Origin: Candidatus Latescibacterota bacterium
GTDB taxonomy: Bacteria; Latescibacterota; UBA2968; GCA-2709665
NCBI GenBank assembly: GCA_965208835.1
Contig: OZ242358.1
Location: 800,001 to 864,000, forward strand
Direction: 5' to 3'
DNA: 64,000 nucleotides
How positions within the stretch are numbered: position 1 is the stretch's first letter; every line of letters starts with the position of its first letter. Shown here in pieces: positions 19,511 to 28,211 of this stretch. Below the pieces are notes generated by a model. That model was not told the DNA's origin, searched no databases, and worked only from the letters and a program-made list of their open reading frames with translations. Made by a program: the position numbers and the translations under genes.

Positions 19511-20689
19511 ATGAGTATGGATCGTGTGTACACTTATTTGAGCTCGATATTTCCTGTGCGCATCTCTCTGATCGCTGGCGCGCTCATCGTGGCGACTATT
19601 GCCGGGTGCGGAGGGGAACGCGTTTTGGAAGGGGTATCGGATGACGAGCGCATTCCCGAGAAGCCACTGCGATATGCAGGGAAAGTGGCGCTTGAATTGC
19701 AAGAAACCTTCGAGTTTGGGTTTGATCAGGACACGCCTGTGATCGGGCGTGTTGATTGGATGGGTATTTCACCTGAGGGCACTTTGATGGTTACCGACTT
19801 TGAAAGCGATCAGGCGCACGAAATCAACTACCGGGACAATATGTACATTCGCTCATTCGGGCGCGCAGGCAGAGGTCCAGGGGAGCATTGGTCGGCTGAA
19901 AGCATGTCGATAGATCCTGAGGGCAGGGTATACCTCCTTGATGGGGTTCAAGGGCAGATTCACCGGTATGATCGCAAGGGCCGGTTTTTGGATCGGACCG
20001 AATCTATCGGCATATCGAAGATTTATTCCGGTCGCCAGGGAGAGATATTTTCACTACGCGTAAACCCAACAAGCCTCATCATGGAACTACAGCGCCGTGA
20101 CCCGGCGACGTGGGGCGTCTTAAGCAACACGCCGCTTTCCAATCCGAATCAGAGTTTCGTGTCGATTCGGATGAGGAAATTCGCGAGGTTGTGCTATAAT
20201 GCTTCACTGCAGGTGTTTTATTATCTGGGCCCGAATGAATACATGGTCAAAGAGATCGATGCGGCAACAGGTGAGATTACGGCGAAATTCGGCCGGCGCC
20301 CGAATGGATTCGTTGCGTTGCCCGATCGCTACCGCGATATCGGGCGCGGAACTTATGAGGATTTGCAAGAAGTGAGAATTACCCTTGCAGCATCTATGAC
20401 ATTGGTTGAGGATCGATATTTGTTTGTCTCCTACGACCACCCGGAATCTCCAATGAGGGAATGGGTCGTCTATATGGTTAATTCGTCCGGGTCGTTTGAT
20501 GTGTTCGATTTGGATGAAGTATCGAGTCTACGGCTACAGCTAATCGGCGGTCACGGCCGTGTGCCGATGGGCGCCATCACCGCGGCGCAAGAATCCATAT
20601 ATATTTGGAGACCGCCTCGCCATAACGAAGTTGCGGAGAATTCCAACGGAACGTTAGAAAAATACGCGGTTGTGTTGGACCGGAACTAA
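19511..20689 (+). CDS. 6-bladed beta-propeller lipoprotein, copy 3
   Basis: Paralog of the two preceding genes; lipobox IAGC. Confidence 0.8.
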   Translation: MSMDRVYTYLSSIFPVRISLIAGALIVATIAGCGGERVLEGVSDDERIPEKPLRYAGKVALELQETFEFGFDQDTPVIGRVDWMGISPEGTLMVTDFESDQAHEINYRDNMYIRSFGRAGRGPGEHWSAESMSIDPEGRVYLLDGVQGQIHRYDRKGRFLDRTESIGISKIYSGRQGEIFSLRVNPTSLIMELQRRDPATWGVLSNTPLSNPNQSFVSIRMRKFARLCYNASLQVFYYLGPNEYMVKEIDAATGEITAKFGRRPNGFVALPDRYRDIGRGTYEDLQEVRITLAASMTLVEDRYLFVSYDHPESPMREWVVYMVNSSGSFDVFDLDEVSSLRLQLIGGHGRVPMGAITAAQESIYIWRPPRHNEVAENSNGTLEKYAVVLDRN

Positions 20690-20805
20690 GAAGGGTCGCC
20701 GGGACACAGAGGCATTTCGCGAAGGTTCATTTCGTTCATCCTCCAGTCTGTCAGCAACCGATTCCCGGGCCGAAGTGTCTACACGAATCGAAACTGGCAT
20801 AGCTG

Positions 20806-21480
20806 CTATTTTCGGTCGCGCGCCGACATCGCGGCGAGCCTCTTGAAGGCCGTGGGTTCGGGGCCGTGTTTTAGATGTTTCAGTATTACCTGGCTGCATT
20901 CCTCCGGACTCATCTTCTCGGTATCTACCTGGAGGTCATAGATTCCGGGTCTGTGCACTTCGCGATCCCATCGATGCACGCTGTAAGGCGGAGGCGTGTC
21001 ATCGGGAATTCGCTGCTCCTTGAGCCACGTGTTGCGCCGCCGTTCCCATACGATTTCAACAGGACAACGCACGCCGACGAACAGAACCGGCAGACCTTCC
21101 ATTCGCCGGGCGCATTCGTAAAGGAGTCCCTGAGGAACATCGTAGTCGTCATGGTGGCCGACGTCGACAACGACGTTTACACCCAGACTACTGTGTACCG
21201 CAATCGACTCATACATCGCTGCATACATTGTTGGCACCAGGGCTTCGACATTCTCTCTTCGTACGAACGGTTTTGCTTCCATTTTCTCAATCCCGGCCGG
21301 CCGCAGCCCGATGCCCGGACGATACTGTTCCGGTGTAATGCGTATGTAACGATCTGCACCCAGATTCATCCATAATTCATCCGACGCTTCCTGGATCGCA
21401 GTGGCAATGCTCGACTTCCCGGATCGCGGAGCGCCGTTCAGAATGACGATCTGTCCCAACCGTGTTTCCTGTGCCATCAT
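20806..21480 (-). CDS. Chloramphenicol phosphotransferase-like P-loop kinase
   Basis: IVILNGAPRSGKSS Walker A; LFVGVRCP; YDLQVDT. Confidence 0.8.
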   Translation of the reverse strand: MMAQETRLGQIVILNGAPRSGKSSIATAIQEASDELWMNLGADRYIRITPEQYRPGIGLRPAGIEKMEAKPFVRRENVEALVPTMYAAMYESIAVHSSLGVNVVVDVGHHDDYDVPQGLLYECARRMEGLPVLFVGVRCPVEIVWERRRNTWLKEQRIPDDTPPPYSVHRWDREVHRPGIYDLQVDTEKMSPEECSQVILKHLKHGPEPTAFKRLAAMSARDRK

Positions 21481-21601
21481 CTATCGTGCCTCAACAGTCG
21501 TAATCATGCCTTAAACAGCTATTGATCGCCGAGTCCGCCACATCCAAGGACGCCCGTAAAATAACTCGCGAAAAACCGTCGCGCGCTCTTCAACGGTGAT
21601 C

Positions 21602-22021
21602 TCATATCCTCCTCACGACTTCCACAACGCCTTCAGCCGGGCGCATGCGGACGGTATCGCCGGTCCGGATGGTCGCCAGCGGGTCAGGCTCGAGTTCGTG
21701 CATCAACGCCACGTTCGCCAGCACCGCGCCCTGCACCATCACCGGATTGGTACGACCGAAGATGAACCCCGCCGGGCAGGTTTCCCTCTCAACCATGTCC
21801 AGCATCATCCACGACGTGGCCACGCCCCCTTTGGACGTGCGGAACACGACGATTTTTCCGGAGATCGACTGCCCGTATAGCGGATGGGACTCACGGCTGA
21901 TCACGCCCCGGTACCGGTCATAGTCATACCGCGCGCTGAAGCCCTCGTCGCATACCAGCGCGACCCCTTCCGCGTTGGGTCCGACACCCGGATGCCCGCG
22001 AAGAATAGTAGTCTCAAGCAT
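21602..22021 (-). CDS. Aconitase X swivel-domain subunit (DUF126)
   Basis: AEGVALV, HPLYGQSISGKIVVF; adjacent to DUF521 gene. Confidence 0.85.
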   Translation of the reverse strand: MLETTILRGHPGVGPNAEGVALVCDEGFSARYDYDRYRGVISRESHPLYGQSISGKIVVFRTSKGGVATSWMMLDMVERETCPAGFIFGRTNPVMVQGAVLANVALMHELEPDPLATIRTGDTVRMRPAEGVVEVVRRI

Positions 22022-22084
22022 TGTTGATTACTCGCTACCCAACGGCGAAGCGTCGGAAGGAAAGTTTCCGTCTCCACCCCCTCT

Positions 22085-23323
22085 TTACCCGACTCTTCCT
22101 GTCACCGCCGCATCGATACACGTTTCCACCGGCCGGAATATCGGGTTGTATCCATATCCGGAAATAATATTCGCCAGCTTCGCCGAATTCGTTACCAGCG
22201 TGCGGTAATGAAAACGCTCTTGCAGGACTCGGGCGTTCATAATATAGAAACAGACCCCCGCAAGGATCCTCCCTCCCGCGTTTTCCACGATATCCGTATG
22301 TCCCATCCGGTCAGCCAGCGCTTTGATCTGATAATTCGTGGTCAGATACAGCGTTGTGTCGGGATGCACGCGCCGACCCCTCAGCAGTTCCGCGATCGAC
22401 TGAAGTTCGAAGAGCGAAAGTTGCGGCGTGCCGCACACGACGAGGTCGACCGCATCTTTCTCAGGCTGGAAGGAATCATACGCCGCCCGCAGCGTTCCCT
22501 GCGATATCACGATCGTCTCCTCCGGCTCTGGACCTCCATAAGCCTCTTCGGCCGTTCGGGCCTCGGGCGTCACCCCCACCATATGAAACATCGCCAGCGA
22601 CCCGTAACTGGCCAGCGCCGCGCCGAGGTGCTTCAGGTCGTCGGTCGACGGCCTTTCCTGAATGCCCTCGAATACCGGAACACGCCAGTAGTCGTCCACC
22701 CGCCGCCCCACAACGCAGCCGAGCGCGCCCCAATCGCTGTTCGACTTCGGTGGGTCCTCAACCATCACGCGAACGGTGCCCCGCCGCTTTTCAGGAAGGT
22801 GAAACCCGTAGCGCGGCACCCGGCCCGTAAGGCCCGACCACACGGCCGCGGGCCCGGCCTCGAAGTTCGATCTTGCGCCGGCAACGGAGTTCGCAAAGAT
22901 CACCGTGCCCGTATCGCCCCAGCCCAGATGCTCGCCGAATCGCGGCGGGTCCACGGTCTGATAGTTGATGCAGGTGTTGCACGGCAGCGCACCCATCGCC
23001 GTCAGTGCGTTCACGATACGGCGTTCCCTGTTTACGGTATCCTCGTCCTGCCCAACGTCCCGCCACATGGCGAAATCCACGCTCCGGGGATTGGTCGTCA
23101 CCGGGACCCGGAAACGCGCGCCCGCGGCGGCGGTTTCTTCCAGATAACGCAACCCCGGTTCCGCCAGCGCTTCGATGTCCGCCATCGCGTGTGCCGTTTG
23201 GACCGGCACGAAGTCCTCCGCGCGGAAGAACGTCCCCACCTCCATCTGCCGAGCAAGCGCTTCGCGGGCGGCAGGTCCCATCTCTCCTGCCAGCATCGCC
23301 TTCTCTTCACACGTCAACTTCAT
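22085..23323 (-). CDS. Aconitase X catalytic subunit (DUF521)
   Basis: MKLTCEEKAMLAGE, TCINY, FANSVAGARSN, LKHLGAALAS.G..AMFH..GVTPEA. Confidence 0.9.
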   Translation of the reverse strand: MKLTCEEKAMLAGEMGPAAREALARQMEVGTFFRAEDFVPVQTAHAMADIEALAEPGLRYLEETAAAGARFRVPVTTNPRSVDFAMWRDVGQDEDTVNRERRIVNALTAMGALPCNTCINYQTVDPPRFGEHLGWGDTGTVIFANSVAGARSNFEAGPAAVWSGLTGRVPRYGFHLPEKRRGTVRVMVEDPPKSNSDWGALGCVVGRRVDDYWRVPVFEGIQERPSTDDLKHLGAALASYGSLAMFHMVGVTPEARTAEEAYGGPEPEETIVISQGTLRAAYDSFQPEKDAVDLVVCGTPQLSLFELQSIAELLRGRRVHPDTTLYLTTNYQIKALADRMGHTDIVENAGGRILAGVCFYIMNARVLQERFHYRTLVTNSAKLANIISGYGYNPIFRPVETCIDAAVTGRVG

Positions 23324-23461
23324 GGGCGTCCCCGAAAACTCTCGAGCATACTATGAATTGAAACTGCGACTGGCCCGGTTACAGCTCTACCCCAAAGTGG
23401 CATTCCGTACCCCGGTCGCCGAGATGTGAAGTCCAGTGACTGGGCGAAACCTGCCTTTCCT

Positions 23462-23485
23462 CCCTCTCTCCCGCGGGAGAGAGGG
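23462..23485. repeat. REP-like palindrome
   Basis: ccctctctccc-gc-gggagagaggg perfect hairpin. Confidence 0.7.
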
Positions 23486-23543
23486 CCGGGGAGAGAGGTC
23501 GCCTAAAAGCGGTGAGAAGGTAGAGGGAAGCCGGTAGAAGAAG

Positions 23544-23615
23544 CCCTTGCCCGATTGATAATTTTTCGTTGCCTCCGGCACGAAGAGAAACCTCACAAGG
23601 CAGGAAATCTCTCCC
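23544..23615 (-). repeat. Dispersed intergenic repeat, copy B
   Basis: Reverse complement aligns with 4258-4330. Confidence 0.8.
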
Positions 23616-23655
23616 CTCTCCCGTCTAACGTCTACCCGATTTTGATTGTTTCTTC

Positions 23656-24192
23656 CTATCCGATAGTCTTCACCATATCGATCAGGTCGCAGGTCTCGCC
23701 GGAGTCCATCAATACCCAGTCCGGACGGCGGCCGGATTCCACGTAGCCGACTTTCCGGTAGACGTGGACCGCGGAGACATTGGCGGACCACACGGTGAGA
23801 TACAGCCTGCGCGCGCCGAGCTTCCGGGACTCGTCTTCCAGGATCTGCATAAGGCGAGTGCCTATTCCACGGCCACGCGCTCGTGCCACCAGGGCAAGTC
23901 CGATTGTACAATAGTCGTGCCCGCTTCTTGTTGTGAATCCTTCGCCAACCAGAACGCCGTCCTGCTCCACGAGGAGATAACTCGACTGCTTCTGTCTAAG
24001 CCCGACCAGGGCCTGTGAGAGTTCGCGGCCCCCGGAGGCGGCGTCGAGTTCAAGGCGCCTGCACATGACGTTCTCGCGCGTAAGCGTCAGGTGCATGTCG
24101 ATGAAGGCGTCCAGGTCGCTCCAGCGAGGATACCGGAAACGCGTCTCGGTTCCTTCAATCGAAAAGGATTCGATGACGTGACCTTCTTGCAT
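23656..24192 (-). CDS. GNAT family N-acetyltransferase
   Basis: ARGRGIGTRL motif A; N.SAVHVYRKVGY motif B. Confidence 0.85.
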   Translation of the reverse strand: MQEGHVIESFSIEGTETRFRYPRWSDLDAFIDMHLTLTRENVMCRRLELDAASGGRELSQALVGLRQKQSSYLLVEQDGVLVGEGFTTRSGHDYCTIGLALVARARGRGIGTRLMQILEDESRKLGARRLYLTVWSANVSAVHVYRKVGYVESGRRPDWVLMDSGETCDLIDMVKTIG

Positions 24193-24882
24193 AACAGAAA
24201 CCCTGAATTCTGAAGTTCGAATCTCCGCGACAGGAATTCCCGATCAAAATAACCCGGCGCACGGACTGGCGCAAGCCCGGTGGGACCGAGTACCCCGTCC
24301 CGGACATATCTTGCAATTCATTCCGTCTGGCCCGGTTGTAAAGCCAAAGCTTGTGGAAGCGCCCGTGATTCGCTACGCGTGACGTCGAATAACCGCCCCT
24401 CCAACGGCCCCTTTTCGTTAGGATTGGGGGCCCGGTGCAGACGTCTCGCACTCAGTAAACGACGATGGTATCTAACGCGATGCCACTCAGGAGCACGACC
24501 AGAGCAGAGCGCGCTATTCCGTCCAGTACCGGCGTTCGCTGTTCTTCCGTGGCTGACAGGGCGGAAGTTCTAGTGCGAACCGTGGGTGTATTCGCGCTAT
24601 GCATAACGCAGGCTCCGCGCCCAGCGGCGACTTTTGGTTCCTTTTGGTCGCTTCAAAAGGAACACGCCGTAGGCAGGGAAATTGGGGAGATGTGGATCTT
24701 GAATTTGGTTTTAATCTTTGGTTCCTTGACGAACCTCTCGGCGCAGGGCCAGGGTGAGAGGTCTTGCTTTTAGCCGACTGCCAATGGCTTCTCGCTCAAG
24801 GTTGTCTTTGCTACTTCTGATCGGCCGAATTTCGGCCATCTGTTTACGGGAGAGAACACAGCCTGAAAGTTCCTTTTTGCGC

Positions 24883-24911
24883 TTGACGCGTGCGTATTGC
24901 GGTGTTAAAAT
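24883..24911 (+). promoter_or_regulatory. Putative sigma70 promoter (extended -10)
   Basis: TTGACG-17bp-TAAAAT with TG preceding the -10. Confidence 0.6.
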
Positions 24912-25060
24912 GCATCCCTCCGACCCCTGAAGTACCACCCGTGGAAGACTGAAATACGAAAGCCGGCGTTGAGGGGCCGGGCGTGCTGAACACTTACGGC
25001 TGAAAGCTGATCATCGGCCTGGACGGGCTTCATTTACGGACGGGTAAAGGGAGCAGACTT

Positions 25061-26104
25061 ATGAAGACGTATCGTGTTGCGATTGTCGGTTTGGGGCGAA
25101 TGGGCAGTACGATCGACGAGGAAGTGGTGGGCTATCCATCCATCACGCTGCCGTATTCGGTGGCGGCGTCGTGCAAGGCGAGCGAGCGCCTGAAACTCGT
25201 GGCGGGGTCGGACCTCGTGGAGGAAAAGCGGCGCGCATTCGGTGAAAAGTGGGGGGTGGCGGCGTTGTACGAGGATTATCTCGAGATGATCGAAGTGGAA
25301 CGGCCAGATATGGTCGCGGTGTGCACGAAAGGGGTCCTGCACGCCGAGATGGGGGTGGCGGTCGCCCGGGCGGGCGTGCCCATGCTCTACCTGGAGAAGG
25401 CAATGGCGTGTTCGATGGCCGAAGCCGACGCGGTCCGGGATGCCTGCCGGGAACACGGGACCGTGTTCAATACCGGCGTCCTGCGGCGGTTCGACAACCG
25501 CTACCACGCGGCGAGGGCGCTGATCGCGCAGGGGGAAATCGGCAAGGTCAGTGTGGCGGTGCATTTTTCCCGTTCGAATCTTCTGCACGGACACGTCCAT
25601 TCGATAGACACGCTTTCGTATCTGCTGGGAGATCCGAAGATCGCGCGGGTGCGGGGAGAGCTGCTTCCGGAAGACCTGGCGATGGAGAACAACCGCCTGG
25701 ATGAAGATCCGGTTTCGAGGTATCACCTGGAATTCGAAGACGGCGCGGAAGCGTGGACCATTCCCGCCGGTCATTGGGAGTTCGAGGTTGTGGGGAGCGA
25801 GGGGGCGATTCGGTCGCGGAACAACGGTGTAGGCTGGGAATTGCGCAAGGTGGAACCCGGGAGGGGAGTTCGTCCGTCCGTGGAAGCTGCCGCATTTCCG
25901 GAGGTGGAACCGCGGAGCGCCGTGGTCGAGTGCCTGGAGGACCTGGTGGCCGCCCACGAATCGGGAGCGCCCTCGCTGGGCAACGTGGAGGTCACGCATC
26001 ACGTCACGGAGGCCTGTTTCGCCGTGGCCGAGAGCCATCGCCGGAACGGCGCACGGGTGGCGCCATCCGAAGTAGACCGGGATCTGTACATCTTTCACGT
26101 GTGA
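25061..26104 (+). CDS. Gfo/Idh/MocA family oxidoreductase
   Basis: VAIVGLGRMG; LEKAMA variant of the EKP motif; GEIG. Confidence 0.85.
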   Translation: MKTYRVAIVGLGRMGSTIDEEVVGYPSITLPYSVAASCKASERLKLVAGSDLVEEKRRAFGEKWGVAALYEDYLEMIEVERPDMVAVCTKGVLHAEMGVAVARAGVPMLYLEKAMACSMAEADAVRDACREHGTVFNTGVLRRFDNRYHAARALIAQGEIGKVSVAVHFSRSNLLHGHVHSIDTLSYLLGDPKIARVRGELLPEDLAMENNRLDEDPVSRYHLEFEDGAEAWTIPAGHWEFEVVGSEGAIRSRNNGVGWELRKVEPGRGVRPSVEAAAFPEVEPRSAVVECLEDLVAAHESGAPSLGNVEVTHHVTEACFAVAESHRRNGARVAPSEVDRDLYIFHV

Positions 26105-26147
26105 CAGGCGCGTCTGGCGCCGACACCGCTTCCATAAACGAGGTTTT

Positions 26148-27275
26148 ATGAAGATTGCACCATTGATATCGCCCGACGAATTCGTGGGGCTTGAAGGGAT
26201 TACGCATCTGTGTACGGGAGGAGAAAGTCCGTGGCTGAAGGCGCAGGAGTCGGTCTATGCGGAGTTCGCGCGCCTGAAGAGCGGGGGATACGACGGGCGG
26301 GACGTGATCTACACGATCGGGAACAGGTGCCGCGGCCGCATGGGTGACTTGTGGGGCGTGCCCGCAAAGCGCATTGCGTTCGTGCCGTCAGCGGCCGAGG
26401 GCATCAACTGGCTGGCGAGGGGGCTGGACTGGCGTGACGGGGATAACGTGGTGACCACGAACCTGGAGTTCCCGTCGGTGGCTTACGCGTGGAAGCAGCT
26501 GGACCGGCTGGGTGTGGAGGTCCGGTTGGTTCCGCACCGCGACTGGTTCGTCCACGAAGCGGACCTGCTGGCTGCCGTGGATTCGCGCACGCGGGTGCTG
26601 GCCGTGAGCCAGGTGAGTTTCTACACGGGGCAGAACCTGGACGTGGCGCGGCTTTCCGAGGGGACGCGTGGAAGAGGTGTGCTGCTGGCGGTAGACGCCA
26701 CCCATGCCACCGGCGTGGTGCGGGTCGATGCCGCGCTGGCGGATATGACGGTGAGCAGCAGCTACAAATGGCTGCTGGCAACGCACGGCGTCGCTCCGTG
26801 CTACGTGAGCGAGCACGCGGAGTCCCAGATTGGGACGACGTGTTTCGGCTGGCGGAACCTGGCAGTTTGGCCGGCCCAGCGCGCCGAGTGCCATCCCGAC
26901 GTGGATGAAAAACCGATGCCGGACCGGATGGAGCCCGGGAATCCGGCGATGATGGTGGTCATGCACCTGGACAAGGCGCTGGAGGTCCTGCTGGGCGTTG
27001 GAATGGACCGGATCGACACGCATGCGCGCGATCTGTCGGAGCAGGTGAGCGCGGGCCTGGACCGGCTCGGATACACGGTGATCAGCCCCAGGGAACGCGT
27101 AGCACGATCGGGAAACACCTGCTTTGCGGTAGACGACGCAAAGGGGCTCGAAACGGCTCTCGCGGCGCATAATGTGCTGTGCTGGGGGGAATACGGCCGG
27201 CTGCGGGTGTCCACGCATCTGTACAACGGCAGCGCGGACGTCGACAGGCTTTTGGAAGTCCTGGCGCAGGTTTAA
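26148..27275 (+). CDS. PLP-dependent aminotransferase class V
   Basis: EFPSV, VDATHATG, SSYKWLL (PLP lysine), LRVSTHLYN. Confidence 0.85.
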   Translation: MKIAPLISPDEFVGLEGITHLCTGGESPWLKAQESVYAEFARLKSGGYDGRDVIYTIGNRCRGRMGDLWGVPAKRIAFVPSAAEGINWLARGLDWRDGDNVVTTNLEFPSVAYAWKQLDRLGVEVRLVPHRDWFVHEADLLAAVDSRTRVLAVSQVSFYTGQNLDVARLSEGTRGRGVLLAVDATHATGVVRVDAALADMTVSSSYKWLLATHGVAPCYVSEHAESQIGTTCFGWRNLAVWPAQRAECHPDVDEKPMPDRMEPGNPAMMVVMHLDKALEVLLGVGMDRIDTHARDLSEQVSAGLDRLGYTVISPRERVARSGNTCFAVDDAKGLETALAAHNVLCWGEYGRLRVSTHLYNGSADVDRLLEVLAQV

Positions 27276-27321
27276 TTCGCGAACGGGCCGGGACGGACTG
27301 TTAATCGAGGAGATCGGCGGG

Positions 27322-28152
27322 ATGATGAAACTGGGCTGTATGTCGCTGAGCTACAAGGACCGGTTTGCGGACGGCAAGATGGACCTGGAGGGGTTTATCG
27401 ACCGGGCGCATGAGTTGAGGCTGGATGGCATCGATATCCATACGGGGGCGTTCGCCTCCAAGGAACCGGCGTACCTGCGGAATATCAGGATGCGGTGTTT
27501 GAAGCGCGGGTTGGCGATCTCCTATATCGGGGTGAGCAACGATTTCGGCAGGCCGGAGCCGGAGCTTGCCGGCGCGGTTTCCGAGGTCAGGGAGTGGGTG
27601 GACGCAGCGGCCTTCATGGGGGTCCCGATGGTGCGGATATTCGCGGCGTGGGTGCGCGGCGGCGCGACGGAGGAGGAGGTGTGGGCGCGGATGATGCCGT
27701 GTATGCGGGAGGTCGCCGCCTATGGCGAAGAGAAGGGCGTGGTGCTGGGCCTGCACAACCACAACCACGGGTGCGTGACGCGAACGGGAAAGGATGTGCG
27801 CCGCATCATCGAAACCGTGAACAACGCCTATCTGTCCCATATCCTGGACACCGGTCAGTACGTCGGGTCGCCCGGCGCCAGCGGCGCGAACGGCAGGGAG
27901 GACCCCGCGCTGGATTTCTATGGAAGCATCGCGGAAACGGCGCCTCTGGCCGTACACGTGCGCGCGAAGATCTACCGGATTCAGACCGGCGAGGAGGCCT
28001 GGCTGGACTATCCCAGGATTTTTGAAATTTTGAGAAGCGTGGACTTTAATGGTTGGGTTTCCGTGGTCTACGAAGGTCAGGCGGTGGAGGCGGAGGACAC
28101 GGCGGTCCCCAAAGCCGTGGATTATCTGAGGCGGTTTGTTCCTGGCGGATGA
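27322..28152 (+). CDS. Sugar phosphate isomerase/epimerase (xylose isomerase-like TIM barrel)
   Basis: LGLHNH, ILDTG, VHVRAK, VSVVYEG. Confidence 0.8.
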   Translation: MMKLGCMSLSYKDRFADGKMDLEGFIDRAHELRLDGIDIHTGAFASKEPAYLRNIRMRCLKRGLAISYIGVSNDFGRPEPELAGAVSEVREWVDAAAFMGVPMVRIFAAWVRGGATEEEVWARMMPCMREVAAYGEEKGVVLGLHNHNHGCVTRTGKDVRRIIETVNNAYLSHILDTGQYVGSPGASGANGREDPALDFYGSIAETAPLAVHVRAKIYRIQTGEEAWLDYPRIFEILRSVDFNGWVSVVYEGQAVEAEDTAVPKAVDYLRRFVPGG

Positions 28153-28211
28153 GACGGCCGGGATGACCGAACCACCGGCAGCCCGCCGGTTTCGCCGGGG
28201 TACCGGTAATT

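Larger units (their letters stand above)
16673..20860 (+). repeat. Tandem triplication of a ~1.4-kb unit
   Basis: Each unit begins near gcggcaagg (~16673, ~18076, ~19476) and contains the gene plus homologous downstream spacer sequence. Confidence 0.85.

Noticed and set aside
16673-20860. Repeated spacers as integron attC sites or a DGR
   Set aside because: No RYYYAAC/GTTRRRY pairs, integron integrase or RT; spacers are explained by tandem duplication including the CPT 3' end
24469-24575. attC-like site starting ATCTAAC
   Set aside because: The matching right end reads GTTCTAG, which is not complementary, and no cassette ORF lies upstream
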